Both the position numbers and the translations under genes were made by a program. From assembly GCA_032718475.1 (NCBI GenBank), contig JAUCBJ010002998.1:1-54550 (forward strand): a stretch of DNA of 54,550 nt, given 5' to 3'. This document shows positions 51,164 through 54,550 of this stretch, piece by piece. Within the stretch, counting starts at the first letter, position 1, and the number at the start of each line of letters is the position of its first letter. The notes below the pieces were generated by a model. The model ran no database searches. It was not told the origin of the DNA and saw only the letters and a program-made list of their open reading frames with translations. The DNA is from Nemertoderma westbladi (Eukaryota > Animalia > Xenacoelomorpha).

Positions 51164-52994
51164 ATGGTACTGTATTACATGCTTACCAAGCAAACTTCGC
51201 ATCCATCTTTGATAACTATTAATTCTTCTGATTCTTCTGCTAGGAGGATAATAAACCGTTGTACCGTATCTCCGGACAGTAAGATGGTCGCAGGAACTGT
51301 CCACAAGGCTGATAGGGGTGGGATTAATGTTTGGGACGTCAACACCAACGAGTTGCTAGTCCATATTCCTCACTCTAAACTCAGAAACAACACGGATTCT
51401 ACAGAAAATTATCGATGGACTGTGAAGTTCTCTCCAATAGACCCCAACATATTTGCGACGTGCTGCGACGATGGCTCGATAACCATTGTTACCATTATTC
51501 CCACTACAACTGGTAAATCATTTACTCACGTTACTTGGGACGCTCATAATGACAGAGTATCAGACGTTATTTTTAACAACAAAGGGACCGAGTTGGTCAG
51601 TTGTTCCTATGATGGAAAAGTTAAAGTCTGGGACCTTAAAGGGGAACTTGTAAAGGAACTTATGGAAGGAGAGAGGGAAGTAAATTCTGTGGCGTTTAAT
51701 TCAGATTCAAGTAAACTTATAATAGTGGGTTTGTTGCATTCTAAATGTATATCCGTTCTAACTGGTGTGAAATTATGGGGCAATAGTAAAGAGAGAATGC
51801 GGGTGGTTAAATGGGAACCTCAGGGTGAGAGGGTTGCTGTACTGGGCTGGTCAAATCTATCTTCTGTAAAGATACTACAGTACAGGCCACCAGAAAACGC
51901 AGATTTGTACAATTGTGAACACATTTTATCAAATGTGTACCAGTGTAATGTAATGTTGTTGAACGGGACAATTGAACATAATTGAACATAATTGAATTGG
52001 CAACAACCAAAATTTTTTCGCCAAAGGATACAATTGAATACTTTTGAAACGCTTAGTAATCTGGAAAGTCTCTGTAGTTTGCCGCTAACTGTCACTCACT
52101 GCAGCTGGAAATGCGATAAGGATATTGTTTACCTTTATAGTGTGCGGTTAATGGTGTCTAGTAGGCAGGCCTAAGGTTAGTGATGTTAAGGCATCTTCTG
52201 GTGTTTATCTGTGCCCTCTCGGAGTCAGACTAATGGCGCGACATCTCCCTGCACTAAATTAATTATTCAATGGTCTAGGCTCCTCCATCCATATGCCCAT
52301 CCACTCCCATACACTCCATGAACATTAACAGTGTGCGGTTAGTAGTCTCTATATACACTCCATGAACCTCCATGTGGTCTTGTATGTAGTTCTCTCTCTA
52401 CCAATACAGCCCATGTCCGCAATGTTACGCACTGGGGGCTCTCTCATCTACCTGATATCAGACATACAGGCGCACCGCACACAAACCCTTTGTCGGTCCC
52501 AGCAAGTCAGCCTCCTGCTGTGTGATCTAGAAGATAACTCGCCATAACCTGCCAATCAGATGACTTGAACAAATGTGTTCACATGTGATCACATTGGATG
52601 AAATCTGCTTTTTCTGGTGGCCTGTACTGTAGATGGAGAAAGCGGTACAGTATTGAGGGAGTTTGAGGCTCAGGTGGGGGTTGGGAATCACGCGTTCCAA
52701 TCTATTGACTTCCACCCTGAGGGAAATTATCTACTGGCTGGTTACTTTAAGGGAACTATTATTAAAGTTAATATAAACCAAAATGATCAGTTCGAGCACA
52801 TGGACGTAGGAGAAGTTAATGAAAAGATTAAAGGAGCAAAAAAATGGGAAGAAATAAAGAATTACGTTGGTAATGTGGGACCATTAAATAAAGAAATTCA
52901 ACAAAAGGTTAGAGGATTATTTGAAAGTTATGAACCGTATTATATAACCTATTCTGCGTCTGAATTACGTTGTTCTATTTCTCAGTTTCCTTGA
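51164..52994 (+). pseudogene. Intronless WD40-repeat gene interrupted by a MITE (restored ORF 358 aa)
   Basis: WD motifs INVWD, WTVKFSP...ATCCDDGSI, AHNDRVSDVIFN...LVSCSYDGKVKVWD, VVKWEPQG, SIDFHPEGNYLLAG. Removing 51878-52631 joins ...VKIL|DGESGTVLREF... in frame. Confidence 0.85.
51878..52629. mobile_element. 752-bp Tc1/mariner(pogo)-type MITE
   Basis: 29-bp TIR CAGTACAGGCCACCAGAAAACGCAGATTT (51878-51906) vs 52601-52629 with one mismatch; TA target duplication at 51876-77 and 52630-31; subterminal GTGAACACATTT is also inverted. Confidence 0.93.
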
Positions 52995-53698
52995 AAACTG
53001 AAAAAATACATCATTGTACTGAGACCTATGTGTCAAGCAACGGAATAGTGAGTGAACGTGCATTAATTTTCCTTTAACTTTTTCTAGAAAGTAATGAACC
53101 TTTTAAGCAACTGAATTAACTCACTTGAATACTCAAACTATATTTTACTTGGAATAATAATAATTATTTAGAACACAGGAAAAAATCGGAACTTTTTTTC
53201 CCTAGTCTCGAAGCATTTTTTAAGCGCCAGCGAGGTTAATAAATGGTTGAATCGAGATAATATTGAAACAAATGGTTGGTGATTTCTTATGTAACATGTA
53301 ATTTTATTCTTAAATTGGTACTTTCTGTTGCTTAATTTTTAAGTAAAAGAAATTTAACTGCAGTATTTTACCATATTGCTTCCACTGCCAATCCAATTTT
53401 ACTCTTCAACTCCCGATGCTGCCTTACTCAATGTTAAATAATTATTTAATGTTCTCTATGTTTATTACGGTTTGTAATTTATTCGCCCGAAAAAGCAATT
53501 TATTAATATAACTGATAAATAGATATAGACAGCATACATAGAGAGCCTAGATATAAGATATATAATAAAAATGCTTTTGTAAGCCTACACTACTGTAGAC
53601 ACAAAAACCAGTAATACTCCATTATATATTCCTTTCCATCGTCTAGCAACACAAGTACAGTAGTATGTAGTCATGCCAACATACTGTATTTAAAATAG

Positions 53699-53893
53699 TT
53701 AAATTTCAAATTTGTTGCAAAGGTCAAAATGGCAGCAAATGACTTTGCAATTATTGTTTGTATATGTTCTATCGCAAAAGCTTTTTTCTATAATATCGCA
53801 ATATTCTTTATGGTGGTAGGTTGTATAGGTTTGTTTTGGTATACACAATATCATATCGTTTTCGTTTCCAGATTCGTCTTCTATGTCCACAAC
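53699..53893 (-). CDS. Terminal exon of a three-finger (Ly6/uPAR/LU-like) small cysteine-rich protein
   Basis: Acceptor TTGTTATTTCAG ends at 53894; the exon encodes ...LCIPK...YC...FC...CKVICCHFDLCN-KFEI-stop (CCxxxxCN signature); AATAAA downstream on the minus strand (~53499-53504). Upstream exons were not identified. Confidence 0.7.
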   Translation of the reverse strand, partial: VVDIEDESGNENDMILCIPKQTYTTYHHKEYCDIIEKSFCDRTYTNNNCKVICCHFDLCNKFEI

Positions 53894-54309
53894 CTGAAAT
53901 AACAATCAATTAGTACTCTTCTTTAAATTAGTTATGTTTAATTTATAATGAATTAAATGATTAAATTTATTTCAAGGGCTAAGTGCCGTCGCGGTCAATA
54001 AATTACAATTCACATAAATATGCCTAATAACTATGGCATATATTTGGTTTTTATATTCCCTAACATTTTTATCATCTATTTAGAATTAATGTCTCCCATT
54101 TATAGAATATTTTAAATTATACAGTTAATTTATGTCTCCCATTATATGAGTTTTTAATTCGACTCATTGAATTAAAGTCTCCCTTAATATAGAGAGAACT
54201 TTAAATCATCAATGTATTAAAGTCTCCCTTAAGTTAAATATTAAAGTCTCTCGTTGTTTTATACTATCTGTAAAGGTATTGTTGTAGGAACGAACTACAA
54301 TAACTAACT

Positions 54310-54550
54310 AAAGGGCTACCATTAACGAGTTGTCTGTCGTCGTCGTCCAATTTTTGATCGCTAATAACTCAGTCATTCCTTGATGAAATTAAACCAAACT
54401 TGGTACACATGTAGACTACGAAAAGTTTAGAAATTCTACAGTTCCTCAGTTTATTTCCTTAGTTTATAGTTCCTCTATCTACCGCTAGGGGGAGAATTGT
54501 CACAAACGTAGAAGTGGCTGTAATTATAGAACCAACCATTAGATTAATCT
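54310..54550 (+). mobile_element. Helentron/DINE-like element running off the window end
   Basis: (GTC)n microsatellite, CCAAACTTGGTACACATGT core and CCGCTAGGGGG motif; homologous to 3450-3505 and to 4023-4091 (inverted). Confidence 0.55.

Noticed and set aside
51880-52632. MITE acting as a spliceable intron (GT at 51880, AG at 52631-52632)
   Set aside because: Splicing at these sites leaves a net +1 nt and shifts the WD40 frame.

Overview
AT-rich eukaryotic (probably marine invertebrate) genomic DNA, dominated by repeats. It contains two tandem, intron-free, minus-strand Cys-loop anion-channel genes (GABA-A/RDL/glycine-receptor-like). They share a 168-bp identical tract over M2-M3 but differ at the pore 2' residue (Ala vs Ser). 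There are three tandem arrays: 68-bp x ~9, 60-bp x ~50, and 36-bp x ~440 with higher-order structure. A young BEL/Pao LTR element has a single open 1403-aa ORF that keeps Gag, three zinc knuckles and protease, but has lost RT, most of RNase H and integrase in frame. An intronless WD40 ORF is split by a 752-bp TA-flanked MITE. The window also holds the terminal exon of an anchorless three-finger (Ly6/uPAR-like) protein, plus several MITE and Helentron-like fragments. Most long ORFs in the supplied track are satellite artefacts. All comparisons were made by eye; no database searches were run.
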